From Eubacteriales bacterium (GTDB lineage: Bacteria > Bacillota > Clostridia > Oscillospirales > CAG-272): a stretch of 64,000 bases of DNA. The translations under genes and the position numbers were made by a program. Position 1 is the stretch's first letter; each line of letters starts with the position of its first letter. The notes under the pieces are model-generated. The model saw nothing but the letters and a program-made list of their open reading frames with translations. It was not told where the DNA came from and did not search any database. Where the stretch lies: NCBI GenBank assembly GCA_045632065.1, contig JAZQWA010000045.1, positions 794 through 64,793 of the forward strand, in the 5' to 3' direction. Positions 20,183 to 30,325 of this stretch are shown piece by piece.

Positions 20183-21583
20183 TTAGATGGAGTGAATACC
20201 ATTCTTTGCATCAGCTTTGGAATCAAGGTTGTACTTCTGTTGCTTTCTCCAGTCGAAGTACTTGATCGCAACCTGCTCGAAGAGTGCGAGGGAGAGGAGG
20301 TCCTCATCCTGCTCACTGTAAGGAGCAACTCTCTGACGAAGAGAATCAATCTCGGGAGCAATCTTATCAGCGGGTCTATAATCGATGATGTCGTCATCGC
20401 CAATAATCTTCTTTTTGAAGTCCTCGGAAATAGGAGCAGGGCATCTGCCGTACTCACCACGTACAAGTGCTCTGAATTCCTTGGTAACTCTTGCATAACG
20501 TCCCTCGTTTGCGAAGAGAACGTTGTTAACTGCCTGAGTTCCAACAATCTGAGAGGTAGGAGTAACGAGAGGAGGATAACCTGCATCCGCTCTTACGTTT
20601 GCAATCTCTTCAAGAACTGCATCGAGCTTATCTGCCTTGCCTGCCATCTTAAGCTGGCTGATAAGGTTGGAAAGCATACCGCCGGGAAACTGATAACGAA
20701 GCGCGTTAACGTCAAGCTTAAGTACCTTGGGGTCGATAAGTCCCTTTGCAAGATAGTCCTCACGAATCGTGTTGAAGTGCTTTGCAACAACGTCAAGCTT
20801 TGCAAGATCAAGACCTGTATCGTAGGGAGTGCTCTGAAGGGTAGCAACGAGAGACTCGGTAGGAGTATGAGATGTACCCATTGCAAGAGGAGAGATCGCG
20901 GTATCAACGCCGTCTACGCCTGCCTCGATAGCCTTAAGAAGAGTCATAGAGCCGAGACCTGCGGTGTAGTGGCAGTGAAGGTTAACGGGAATGTTAACGG
21001 TGTTCTTAATTGTCTTTACAAGCTGATATGCCTCGTAAGGCTTAAGAAGACCTGACATATCCTTAATGCAGATAGAGTTTGCTCCCATTTCCTCAAGTTG
21101 CTTTGCGTACTGAGCAAAGCCCTCGTTGGTGTGGAAGGGGGATGTTGTGTAGGAAATAGCGGCCTGAACGTGACCCTTTTCCTTGATAGTAGCCTTGATA
21201 GCTGTTTCAAGGTTTCTTGCATCATTAAGAGCATCGAAAATACGAATAATATCAATACCGTTTGCGATAGACTTCTGAACGAAGTACTCAACAACGTCGT
21301 CAGCATAATGACGGTAGCCAAGAATGTTCTGGCCTCTGAAGAGCATTTGAAGCTTGGTGTTCTTTACGTGATCCTTGATGGTGCGGAGTCTTGCCCAAGG
21401 GTCCTCGTTAAGGAATCTAAGGCAGGAGTCGAATGTTGCGCCGCCCCATGCTTCAAGAGAATAATATCCAACCTGATCCATTGCATCGAGAACGGGAATC
21501 ATCTCGTCGGTTGTCATACGGGTAGCCGCAAGAGACTGATGAGCGTCTCTGAGGACTGTTTCTGTTATTAAAACTTTTGACAT
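20183..21583 (-). CDS. Oxaloacetate decarboxylase alpha / transcarboxylase 5S-type carboxyltransferase subunit, lacking a biotinyl domain
   Basis: HMGL-like TIM barrel (ITETVLRDAHQSL, EAWGGATFD) and a conserved C-terminal domain. It ends at 466 aa with no AMKM lipoyl/biotinyl domain. Confidence 0.85.
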   Translation of the reverse strand: MSKVLITETVLRDAHQSLAATRMTTDEMIPVLDAMDQVGYYSLEAWGGATFDSCLRFLNEDPWARLRTIKDHVKNTKLQMLFRGQNILGYRHYADDVVEYFVQKSIANGIDIIRIFDALNDARNLETAIKATIKEKGHVQAAISYTTSPFHTNEGFAQYAKQLEEMGANSICIKDMSGLLKPYEAYQLVKTIKNTVNIPVNLHCHYTAGLGSMTLLKAIEAGVDGVDTAISPLAMGTSHTPTESLVATLQSTPYDTGLDLAKLDVVAKHFNTIREDYLAKGLIDPKVLKLDVNALRYQFPGGMLSNLISQLKMAGKADKLDAVLEEIANVRADAGYPPLVTPTSQIVGTQAVNNVLFANEGRYARVTKEFRALVRGEYGRCPAPISEDFKKKIIGDDDIIDYRPADKIAPEIDSLRQRVAPYSEQDEDLLSLALFEQVAIKYFDWRKQQKYNLDSKADAKNGIHSI

Positions 21584-21613
21584 ATTTAATTTTCCTTTCT
21601 GAAGAGTAGCCTC

Positions 21614-22849
21614 TTATGCAAAGAAGCTGAGGAATACACCTGCCGCTACGGCAGAGCCGATAACACCGGCAACGTTGGGGCCCATCGCGTGCATGAGAAG
21701 GAAGTTGGAAGGATCGTATTTGCGTCCTTCGTCCTGCGCAACTCTTGCTGCCATAGGAACTGCGGATACACCTGCAGAACCGATAAGGGGATTGATTTTA
21801 CCACCGGTAAGCTTGCACATAATTTTACCAACAATAAGACCGCCGCAGGTGGAAATAACGAATGCAGTAAGACCAAGCGCGATAATAAAGAGCGTCTGGG
21901 GCTTAAGGAAGTTCTCTGCATTTGCGGTTGCACCAACCGAAACGCCGAGACAGATTGTAACAATGTTAATAAGCTCGTTCTGAGCAGTCTTGGAAAGCCT
22001 GTCAGCAACACCCGAAACGTTGAAGAGGTTACCAAGCATAAGGAAACCAACGAGGGGAGCTGCATCGGGAACGATAAGACAAACAATTACAGTAACGATA
22101 ATGGGGAAGATAACCTTTTCAATCTGAGAAACAGGACGAAGGTTGGTCATCTTAATAGTTCTTTCCTTCTCGGTGGTAAGAAGTCTCATAAAGGGCGGCT
22201 GAATAATAGGAATCAGAGCCATGTATGAGTAAGCCGCTATTGCGATCGCACCGAGAAGCTGAGGAGCAAGCTCCTTTGTTACAAGGATTGCAGTAGGACC
22301 GTCGGCACCACCGATGATACCGATAGAACCAGCCTCCATGGGAGTAAAGCCCATAAAGAGCGCTGCAAAGAAGGCAACGAATACGCCGAGCTGTGCACCA
22401 GCACCCATAAGAAGCGACTTGGGGTTAGCAATAAGGGGAGAGAAGTCGGTCATTGCGCCTACACCAAGGAATATAAGCGAGGGATATACACCAAGCTTAA
22501 CACCAAGGTAGAGTATATCGATAAGACCTCCATTGTTGATTACTTCTTCAATAATTCTTGACATCGGAACGTGACCGTGAACAAGCTGCTCGGCAGCTAC
22601 GAGACCGTTTTCGAGATAATAATCATCGAAGAAATATTCGAGATGTATAAGATTTGCGCCGGGAAGGTTGGCAAGTAACATACCAAATGCAATGGGCATC
22701 AGAAGGAGGGGCTCAAACTTCTTAACTATTGCAAGATAGAAGAGCGCACCAATGATTACGTACATTACGAGGTACTGCCACCAACCGGGCTCGGCAATCA
22801 ACTTGGCAATGCCTGTTGTGCCGAGGAAGTTTTTGATAGCGTCTAACAT
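21614..22849 (-). CDS. Na+-translocating decarboxylase beta subunit (OadB/MmdB/GcdB family)
   Basis: 411-aa polytopic membrane protein with family-typical glycine-rich helices, e.g. IGIIGGADGPT. Confidence 0.88.
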   Translation of the reverse strand: MLDAIKNFLGTTGIAKLIAEPGWWQYLVMYVIIGALFYLAIVKKFEPLLLMPIAFGMLLANLPGANLIHLEYFFDDYYLENGLVAAEQLVHGHVPMSRIIEEVINNGGLIDILYLGVKLGVYPSLIFLGVGAMTDFSPLIANPKSLLMGAGAQLGVFVAFFAALFMGFTPMEAGSIGIIGGADGPTAILVTKELAPQLLGAIAIAAYSYMALIPIIQPPFMRLLTTEKERTIKMTNLRPVSQIEKVIFPIIVTVIVCLIVPDAAPLVGFLMLGNLFNVSGVADRLSKTAQNELINIVTICLGVSVGATANAENFLKPQTLFIIALGLTAFVISTCGGLIVGKIMCKLTGGKINPLIGSAGVSAVPMAARVAQDEGRKYDPSNFLLMHAMGPNVAGVIGSAVAAGVFLSFFA

Positions 22850-22877
22850 CTATTAGTACCTATTTCCTTCGTCAAAA

Positions 22878-23261
22878 TTAGTTAAGAGTTGCGAGAACGT
22901 CGTTTGCGGCAACGGAAGCGCCCTTCTGAACGTTAACAGATGCTATAACACCGTCGCAGGGAGCGGGGATATCGTTCTCCATCTTCATTGCCTCGAGAAC
23001 GCAGATTACGTCGCCCTTCTTGACTGCCTGACCTGCAGAAACCTTAACGTCAAGAATAGTGCCGGGCATGGGAGCTGTAACCTTGTTTGCGCCCTGATTG
23101 CCTGCGGGAGCAGCTGCCTTAGGAGCAGCAGGTGCAGCTGCAGGAGCTGCTGCGGGTGCTACGGGAGCGGTAAATACAGGAGCGGATGCAGAGGTGCTGC
23201 CAGCCTCCTCAACGAGAACCTCATATGTAGTGCCGTTAACGGTAATGTTATACTTTTTCAT
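22878..23261 (-). CDS. Biotin carboxyl carrier protein of the decarboxylase (MmdC/GcdC/1.3S type)
   Basis: Ala/Pro linker ([19 protein letters not shown]) and the biotinylation motif LEAMKMEN. Confidence 0.9.
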   Translation of the reverse strand: MKKYNITVNGTTYEVLVEEAGSTSASAPVFTAPVAPAAAPAAAPAAPKAAAPAGNQGANKVTAPMPGTILDVKVSAGQAVKKGDVICVLEAMKMENDIPAPCDGVIASVNVQKGASVAANDVLATLN

Positions 23262-23282
23262 TTTAATTAAATCCTTTCTTAC

Positions 23283-23639
23283 TTATACTTTTCTAAAAGA
23301 TACAACTTTAAATTTGATTCCGGTGTTATCGCTTTCAGCAGCGGCTATTGCAGCGGCAATAACAGCTACAAGTTCTTCATTTGCGTCACTAACAACAGTC
23401 TGGGTTACCTGTTCAGCAAGATCAACAGACTTTGTTGACTTTTCAGACTTCTTCTTGGGGATGTCGTGGAAAACAAGCTTGAAAAGACCGAGAAATGCCC
23501 ACAAAATGCATAAAACTGCGAATACGGTAGCCATACCGATAAGCAATACAGAGCCACCGAATACCAATGCATCGCCAAGCTGAGAAACATCAAAATTTGA
23601 AAAATCTACAATCGGCAATGTTTTATCAATTCCAAACAT
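23283..23639 (-). CDS. OadG-family small membrane subunit of the Na+-pumping decarboxylase
   Basis: 118 aa with a single TM helix and an AAAIAAAE-type segment. The position between the carboxyltransferase and the carrier protein matches known clusters. Confidence 0.65.
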   Translation of the reverse strand: MFGIDKTLPIVDFSNFDVSQLGDALVFGGSVLLIGMATVFAVLCILWAFLGLFKLVFHDIPKKKSEKSTKSVDLAEQVTQTVVSDANEELVAVIAAAIAAAESDNTGIKFKVVSFRKV

Positions 23640-23659
23640 ATTCTAAGCCTCCTTATATA

Positions 23660-25123
23660 TTAAAGAGGAAGAATCTGTCGGCCAAATGCCGCGGAATCGT
23701 TCTTTGTACAAAGCATAAGAAGAGCAGAGCAGATTCTCGCTCTCATTTCATTTATGCTGATAATATCGTCAATTTCACCGCTGGATGCAGCGTTAACAGG
23801 AGAGGAAACGGACATTCTCCACTCGTTGATAAGCTCCTGACGGCTCTTTTCCTCGTTGATATACTTGTCCCAAGCAAATGCAACACCGCTTTCAGCGCTG
23901 AGAGCGCCAATTTCAGAGTTCTCTGTTGCATATACAAGATCTGCACCGAGAGACTTGGAGCCAAGAAGCACGAAGGATGCACCAATTGCATGACCAAGGA
24001 GAACAGTAACCTTAGGGCAGGTAGAAGAAGCGTATGCCATCGCAAGCTTGGCAAGCTCGGGAGCAAAGGTCTGCTCGTTATACTTGTTAATGCTGAGACC
24101 AAGGGAATCAACAAGAGTTACAACAGGAATAGAAAAGCTGTCACAGAAGGTTACGAATTTTGCAGCCTTTCTTGCTGCAGCTGCGGTTATACGTCCCTCA
24201 TCTCTGGAGTAAGAGGTCGCTACAACACCGCATTTAACACCGCCGATTGTCGCAAAGGCGGTTGAAATAACAGGAGCATAGTCATGAGTAAGCTCAATGA
24301 ACATGCCGTTATCAGCAATTACAGAGATAGCAGAGAGAGCTTCGCCTGCAAAATCAAGGTTTCCAAGCTTTCTGTTGAGATTGTCGGTGCAGATTTCAGC
24401 GCCCTGTGCTCCTAGGGTGGAGTTCGAGGGAAGGAATGAAATCAAGGATCTTACGTAACCAAGACAGCTATCCTCAGCGCCCGCATAGGATACGATAGCA
24501 TCCTGCGCATCCTTTGTGCCGGTAAGAGCAGGGGATGTTACGTAAAGGGAAGCGTCGTTATTCTTAACAACAACGTCGAACATAGATGCGATAGCAGCGC
24601 AAGTACCGATGCAGTTGCCTGCAACGTAAGCAATCTGGGGAATAACACCGGACGCTCTGGAAACAGCAGTCATAATCTTACCGTAAGCGGCAAGACCTGC
24701 AGTACCCTCGAAAATATCAGTGCCTGTTGCGTTGAATACACCTATTACAGGAGCGCCGTTGCTTATAGCCATTCTGTAAAGGTCGCAAATTTTCTTTGCG
24801 TGGCGGTCGTCAATAGCTCCGCCCATTCTTGTAGCATCCTCAACGAATGCAAACACAAGCTTGCCGTCGATAGCTCCGTAGCCGCAAATAACGCCTTCAA
24901 ACTCGCTGGACTTGTCGGTTACAAGAAAATCGGAGAATCCGCGTTTTGTATACGCGCCGATTTCTACGAAGGTATCCGCGTCATAGAGCATTGCAATCTG
25001 ATTTCTTGCCTCGGAGCCCTCGCTGGCGCGGAGCGCTTCACGCAATTCAGAGGCGGTAGGGAGATTGCAGAAATTGGGTTTTGTGAATTTATTCAAAACG
25101 AATATTCGATTTGCATATAGCAA
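23660..25123 (-). CDS. Acyl-CoA carboxyltransferase subunit (methylmalonyl-CoA decarboxylase alpha / transcarboxylase 12S / GcdA family); start codon uncertain (TTG at 25123)
   Basis: Two-domain crotonase-like carboxyl_transf architecture (FVEDATRMGGAI..., GGVKCGVVA...). It is the first gene of the operon. Confidence 0.8.
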   Translation of the reverse strand: MLYANRIFVLNKFTKPNFCNLPTASELREALRASEGSEARNQIAMLYDADTFVEIGAYTKRGFSDFLVTDKSSEFEGVICGYGAIDGKLVFAFVEDATRMGGAIDDRHAKKICDLYRMAISNGAPVIGVFNATGTDIFEGTAGLAAYGKIMTAVSRASGVIPQIAYVAGNCIGTCAAIASMFDVVVKNNDASLYVTSPALTGTKDAQDAIVSYAGAEDSCLGYVRSLISFLPSNSTLGAQGAEICTDNLNRKLGNLDFAGEALSAISVIADNGMFIELTHDYAPVISTAFATIGGVKCGVVATSYSRDEGRITAAAARKAAKFVTFCDSFSIPVVTLVDSLGLSINKYNEQTFAPELAKLAMAYASSTCPKVTVLLGHAIGASFVLLGSKSLGADLVYATENSEIGALSAESGVAFAWDKYINEEKSRQELINEWRMSVSSPVNAASSGEIDDIISINEMRARICSALLMLCTKNDSAAFGRQILPL

Positions 25124-25191
25124 ATCTCTCCTTCCTAAAAAATTACATTTTTAATGAAAAAAAGATAAAAAATCCAATCTTCACCAAATAT

Positions 25192-25219
25192 ATTATACCA
25201 CCAAATTATGATATGTCAA
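25192..25219 (-). promoter_or_regulatory. Sigma-70-type promoter of the decarboxylase operon
   Basis: On the minus strand: TTGACA, 16 bp spacer, TGgTATAAT. Confidence 0.55.
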
Positions 25220-25267
25220 TATATTTTTTTAATATAATTGAAAAGGAAACGAAAAAATCGTTTCCTT

Positions 25268-26113
25268 TTATTGCTTAAATGCCTCGAGTAGAGAAAGTCT
25301 TTTGTTTGCGTAGCGATACGCATTTTCATAATCTCTGATTTCTCGGTAGCATCTCTCGATATCTGTATAAATTGAAAAAACTACGTAAGCATTGTATTTT
25401 TCCTTGCTTCGCTCCTCTTCGATTCTGCAAAGAATCTTCAAGGCGTCGTTAAATTCTCTGTTTCTTATCAGATTTCTTGCTTGCTGGTGCATTGAGAAGA
25501 TTTGATTATTAAATTTGTAATCAGCATCCTGAATAACGTATTTATATAGCTCAATATCGGTTGTATTTAAAATGATTTCCTCATATTCATCGGTTTTTAA
25601 CTCAAGAAGAGGGGCTTGTATATTCGATGCGATTGCTTTATAGATAATTGAGCCTGCTTCGATATGAGAGGTGTTATAAATAGTTTTTTCTGCGGATTTA
25701 AGAGCCTCATCAATGAATTTTTCGCCCGTGGTTAGAGAGCCGTTCACAACGGCATCTCGTCCAAGGCGGTAATAACATTCAGCGAGAATATAGGAAAGCT
25801 CGTCATCCGTGTCTTTGATAGCTTTTATTTGATTTATACAGGATAAATATCTTTTCTCAACGTAGTCTGCTTTTATAGCTGATATTACTTCGTTCTTTTT
25901 GTATGAAAAAAGTTCATCGTCATCAGCCATTAAATAAGCAAAGGGAATAGAAAGGCAATTTGCAAGATACTTGGCGGTGTCAACCGAGGGGAAAGCCTTG
26001 TTTGATTCAATTGCGCTAAGCATATTACGGGTGATTTTATCTCCAGCGAGCTCTTTTTGAGTTTTTCCTTGTTCTATTCTGGCTTTTTTGATTTTATCTC
26101 CGATAGTCATCAA
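25268..26113 (-). CDS. XRE-family HTH transcriptional regulator with a helical-repeat (TPR-like) C-terminal domain
   Basis: N-terminal IGDKIKKARIEQGKTQKELA...LSAIESNK HTH_3 motif, followed by about 200 aa of helical repeats. Confidence 0.7.
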   Translation of the reverse strand: MMTIGDKIKKARIEQGKTQKELAGDKITRNMLSAIESNKAFPSVDTAKYLANCLSIPFAYLMADDDELFSYKKNEVISAIKADYVEKRYLSCINQIKAIKDTDDELSYILAECYYRLGRDAVVNGSLTTGEKFIDEALKSAEKTIYNTSHIEAGSIIYKAIASNIQAPLLELKTDEYEEIILNTTDIELYKYVIQDADYKFNNQIFSMHQQARNLIRNREFNDALKILCRIEEERSKEKYNAYVVFSIYTDIERCYREIRDYENAYRYANKRLSLLEAFKQ

Positions 26114-26156
26114 TTACTCCTAAAATAATAATTTAGAATATAATACGTGGCAGAAA

Positions 26157-27185
26157 TCAATCCTGGCTCTTTCTGACTATTGTATCAGAAAGAGGATGAT
26201 TCTGCATGGCTTCCTCTAAATTGCGATTAACAAGATGGGTATAAATCTGCGTTGTATTAAGCTGCTCGTGACCAAGAACGTCCTTTAAGACTCTTATATC
26301 AACCTTTCCGCTTTGATACATCAATGTAGCAGCGGTGTGACGAAGCTTGTGTACAGAGTACCCCTTATAACCAAGTCCCGACATATCGAGGTACTTGTAT
26401 ACGACCCATTGCACAGTCTTGTTGGAAATGCGCTGCTGTCTTCCGCTGAGGTAAAGAGCTCTGTCTGATGTTCTGATGTATCTCGGGTCAAGCCTTATGC
26501 TCAAATAGGATTTTACAGCGTCTCGCGCAGCATTGTTAAGATAAATAATTCTTTCCTTGTTTCCTTTTCCTCTTACCTTAACAAATGCAAGCTCGCGGTC
26601 AAAATCCTCTAAATTCAATCCAACAAGCTCGGAAAGACGCATTCCTGTGTTTAAAAACAAGGCAATTATAGAGTAATCTCGTACTCTTGTCTTGGATTCA
26701 ACGTCGGAATTTACTGTTTCAAGTAGCATAATTGCTTCTTCAAGGGTTAAATACTTTGATAAAGTCTTGCTTTTTTGTATGCCGCCAAAATCAGCAACTG
26801 GATTTCTGTCAATAAGGTTGTTGTTGTGCATATATTTAAAGAAGGATTTTAACGAGCTTAACTTTCTGTTTCTTGTTGTCGCATTGTTATTGCGCTCGGT
26901 CTTCGTATATGCAAGAAAATTAACAATAGTTTGACGCCTTACACGTCTTACGTCATCCTCGGTCAAATGCTTGATGCTAATTTTTTCGAAGTCCTCTGCA
27001 GATATATCCTCATCGCTTTCAATCATTACTGTGTATCTAAAAAATGTCCTGAGGTCCAGCAAATATTCAATTGTAGTTTTTTCGCTTTTGCCTTCTACGC
27101 TGGACAAATATCCCGAAAAATCCTGAAGAAAATAGGGCAGCGCCTTAAATTCCGGATTGCTCGTTTTTAGTGTTAATGTACCCAT
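26157..27185 (-). CDS. Tyrosine recombinase, XerC/XerD-like (full length, with N-terminal SAM-like domain)
   Basis: N-terminal core-binding domain (TIEYLLDLRTFFRY). Catalytic residues are in TGMRLSEL, HKLRHTAAT and LGHEQLNTTQIYTHL. Confidence 0.85.
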   Translation of the reverse strand: MGTLTLKTSNPEFKALPYFLQDFSGYLSSVEGKSEKTTIEYLLDLRTFFRYTVMIESDEDISAEDFEKISIKHLTEDDVRRVRRQTIVNFLAYTKTERNNNATTRNRKLSSLKSFFKYMHNNNLIDRNPVADFGGIQKSKTLSKYLTLEEAIMLLETVNSDVESKTRVRDYSIIALFLNTGMRLSELVGLNLEDFDRELAFVKVRGKGNKERIIYLNNAARDAVKSYLSIRLDPRYIRTSDRALYLSGRQQRISNKTVQWVVYKYLDMSGLGYKGYSVHKLRHTAATLMYQSGKVDIRVLKDVLGHEQLNTTQIYTHLVNRNLEEAMQNHPLSDTIVRKSQD

Positions 27186-27338
27186 TTTTTCCTCCGCAAA
27201 AGATTTTGTACAATTCTATTATACAAAATATTTGACTTTAATAGTGGATAAAATGTAAACATTTTGCACTTTTACTTGTTTTTTTAGATAAATATGTTAA
27301 AATAAATTTGTAAATTATACATGAGGTTGGGGGAAGTA

Positions 27339-27944
27339 ATGAAATTCTTTAAAGAAAACTCCTATGACATTGTAAAGCTGTTATTAAATCAGATTGGAAT
27401 AGCAATTTTTTCGCTTGCTGTATACGTAGCTCCATCGGCGGATGACGGCTCGTTTTTTGCTAAATTTGCAGTTTATTTATCCTTGCTTGCAGTTGTATTT
27501 TATTTTGTACTTATTTACATCACTGCTTGGGATTTTGGAATAAAGGATAAGATGAGATACGAGAGCGGTAAAATACAGCTTACAAAAAATAAAGGCTTAA
27601 AGCTTGGATTCTTTGCTAATATACCCAATTTTGTTCTTGCGGGTATCGCGATTGTTCTCATGCTGATCTATCTTGCATCGGGTAATGAAGTGCTTTATTC
27701 ATTGTTCTTTACCTTGAATCTGTTTATACGTTTTACGGGAGCTATGTTCCTTGGCCTGATTCAGGGTGTTTTCTCATTCTTGAAAGAAAAAAACGACCTG
27801 TATTACCTCTGGCAAACGGTCGGATATTTTGTAGTCCCAATCCTTACAATTCTTGTTACTCATCTGGGTTACGAGCTTGGCAGACGCGATGTACGTATTT
27901 TGGGATTCATTAACCTTAATAAAAACACCGATAATCAAGAATAA
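27339..27944 (+). CDS. Hypothetical integral membrane protein
   Basis: Multiple hydrophobic helices. The ATG at 27339 follows a GAGGTTGGGGG RBS. No motif recognised. Confidence 0.5.
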   Translation: MKFFKENSYDIVKLLLNQIGIAIFSLAVYVAPSADDGSFFAKFAVYLSLLAVVFYFVLIYITAWDFGIKDKMRYESGKIQLTKNKGLKLGFFANIPNFVLAGIAIVLMLIYLASGNEVLYSLFFTLNLFIRFTGAMFLGLIQGVFSFLKEKNDLYYLWQTVGYFVVPILTILVTHLGYELGRRDVRILGFINLNKNTDNQE

Positions 27945-27991
27945 TTTTATAAAATCCTCCATATAGTTGTTTTGAACTGATGGAGGATTTT

Positions 27992-28732
27992 ATGCATATT
28001 TACGTTGTTAATTTCAGAAAATACAAAATTGCTTATTCTGTGGTCTGTATCCTGCTGGCGATGGTCGTTTTAAGCTCTGTAGCTATAAGCGTTGTTACTA
28101 AAGTTTATAGAGACGATCTTTTTATTGTAGCGGCAGATGCCATTCCTTACGAAAAAATAATAATTATTGACGCAGGTCATGGTGGCGAGGATTCAGGTGC
28201 GATTGGAACAAACGGAGTGCTTGAAAAGGATTTGAACCTTGAGTTTGCTTTGCAAATCGGTGCAATGCTTGAAGAAAAAGGCTACATAATAGTTTATACA
28301 CGTACGGATGACCGACTTTTATATACCGATGAGGAAAATATAAAGGGAATAAGAAAAATATCCGATCTAAAAAATAGAGTTAAGGTTGCAGAGCGTTATC
28401 CAAATTCACTTTACGTAAGCATACACATGAATTCATTTGGAGATTCAAAGTATTCAGGTCTTCAGGTGTATCATTCTGACAAAGAAGAAAGTAATTTGCT
28501 TGCGAATACAATTCAAAATCGCGTTAAAAATGACCTTCAGCCTGAAAACAACAGAGTAGTGAAAAAGGGAAAGGATATGTACATCCTTGAAAATATCGAG
28601 AACACCGCGGTACTTATTGAGTGCGGTTTCTTGACGAACAAAAACGAATGTGAAAAACTTTCTGAAAAAGAATATCAAAAACAATTGTGTTTTGCGATTG
28701 TTTGTGGTATTATAGAATATATGGAAAAATAA
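27992..28732 (+). CDS. cwlD: N-acetylmuramoyl-L-alanine amidase, CwlD-like (germination-specific)
   Basis: N-terminal TM helix and Amidase_3 motifs IIIDAGHGGEDSGAIG, SIHMNS and IECGFLTN. Confidence 0.8.
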   Translation: MHIYVVNFRKYKIAYSVVCILLAMVVLSSVAISVVTKVYRDDLFIVAADAIPYEKIIIIDAGHGGEDSGAIGTNGVLEKDLNLEFALQIGAMLEEKGYIIVYTRTDDRLLYTDEENIKGIRKISDLKNRVKVAERYPNSLYVSIHMNSFGDSKYSGLQVYHSDKEESNLLANTIQNRVKNDLQPENNRVVKKGKDMYILENIENTAVLIECGFLTNKNECEKLSEKEYQKQLCFAIVCGIIEYMEK

Positions 28733-28753
28733 TTTTTAATAAGGAAATTAAAA

Positions 28754-30142
28754 ATGAAGGGACCTAAAGTAATATTTGTATGCCGTGAATGCGGTGCAAC
28801 CAGCCCCAAATGGCTTGGAAAATGCCCTGATTGCGAGTGCTGGAATTCGTTTGACGAACAGACAATTGTTAAAAAACCTCAAATTGCAGGTTTAAACAGA
28901 GGCAGAAATATAAATTACATAAACAAGGCGGAAAAGTTCTCTGAACTTCAAATGCCTAAATATATCAGAACATCAACCGGTATGGGTGAGCTTGACAGAG
29001 TGCTTGGCGGAGGCCTTGTTGATAGCTCTGCGGTGCTTTTATCGGGCGAGCCGGGTATTGGTAAATCGACCTTGCTTCTTCAAATATGCTCTGAGCTTGG
29101 TAAAACTAGAAAGGTGCTTTACGTTTCTGGCGAGGAGTCTAAAGGACAGCTTAAGCTTCGAGCTGAAAGACTTGGCATCAACGGTGACTCTATTTACCTT
29201 TTGACAGAAACGGACACCGATGCAATTATTGATGAGTGTGATTCGTTAAAGCCCGACGTTATAATAATAGACTCTGTTCAGACTCTTTCCTCTATGCGCT
29301 TTACGTCTGCTCCGGGTAGCATTACCCAGGTGCGCGAAGGTGCAATGACCTTCATTAATTATGGCAAGGCTAACGGTGCGGCGGTATTCCTTGTTGGTCA
29401 CGTGAATAAGGAGGGTGGAATTTCCGGTCCTAAGGTTCTTGAGCATATGGTTGATGCCGTTCTGTATTTTGAGGGCGAAAGAACCAATTCCTACAGAATT
29501 ATACGCGCGATAAAGAACAGATATGGCTCAACTAATGAGATTGGCGTGTTTGAAATGGGAGATAAGGGACTTATTGAGATTCCCAATCCCAGTGAGGTTG
29601 TAATGGCTGAAAGGCCAAAGAACACAAGCGGCTCTTGTGCAGGATGCGTAATGCAGGGAACAAGGCCAATTATATCCGAAATACAGTCTTTGGTTGCAAA
29701 ATCTGTTTATGCAACGGGAAAACGCACGTCTGACGGCTTTGATTATAACAGAATGTGCCTTCTAATAGCAGTTCTTGAGAAAAGAATGGGCTTAAAATTC
29801 TATGAAAACGACGTATATCTGAATGTTGCGGGTGGAATTGTGCTTGACGAGCCCAGCGCAGACCTTTCTATCGCTATGTCGCTTATCAGCGGTATCACCG
29901 ACAAAGTAATTCCCGATGATTTGATTGCTTTTGGCGAAATTGGACTTTCGGGAGAGGTCAGGGCAGTATCCCATATTGATTACAGAGTCAAAGAAGCAAT
30001 TAGACTTGGATTCACAAAAATTATTTTGCCGCAGAAGAACATTACAAAGAGTCTTAAGGTGCCTAAGGGCGTAGAACTTTGCGGTGTATCCAATATATAT
30101 CAGGTCCTCATACATATGAAACCCAAGGAAAATAATAACTAA
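28754..30142 (+). CDS. radA: DNA repair protein RadA/Sms
   Basis: Zinc ribbon CRECG...CPDCECWNS, GEPGIGKSTLLLQ, KNRYGSTNE, and a Lon-like C-terminal domain. Confidence 0.95.
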   Translation: MKGPKVIFVCRECGATSPKWLGKCPDCECWNSFDEQTIVKKPQIAGLNRGRNINYINKAEKFSELQMPKYIRTSTGMGELDRVLGGGLVDSSAVLLSGEPGIGKSTLLLQICSELGKTRKVLYVSGEESKGQLKLRAERLGINGDSIYLLTETDTDAIIDECDSLKPDVIIIDSVQTLSSMRFTSAPGSITQVREGAMTFINYGKANGAAVFLVGHVNKEGGISGPKVLEHMVDAVLYFEGERTNSYRIIRAIKNRYGSTNEIGVFEMGDKGLIEIPNPSEVVMAERPKNTSGSCAGCVMQGTRPIISEIQSLVAKSVYATGKRTSDGFDYNRMCLLIAVLEKRMGLKFYENDVYLNVAGGIVLDEPSADLSIAMSLISGITDKVIPDDLIAFGEIGLSGEVRAVSHIDYRVKEAIRLGFTKIILPQKNITKSLKVPKGVELCGVSNIYQVLIHMKPKENNN

Positions 30143-30325
30143 AATACTCAAAAAACGGCATTTATTGTGATTTATGCACAAATGAATGCTGTTTTTTTCT
30201 ACATTGGTCGGTAAAAATGTTCATTTCAAAATATTGAAATCATTTTTTATTTATTGTATAATTATTTTATAATGTTATAGCGAGTTATCGCGCAACAGCA
30301 AATAAATCACAAGGAGACCATTCTT

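Noticed and set aside
20192-21055. 287-aa ORF on the plus strand.
   Set aside because: It is antisense to the OadA-like carboxyltransferase, has low-complexity composition and has no RBS. The same reasoning applies to 18714-19370 (antisense to ftsH), 45377-45982 (antisense to prs), 14662-15087 (antisense to rplI) and 16147-16557.
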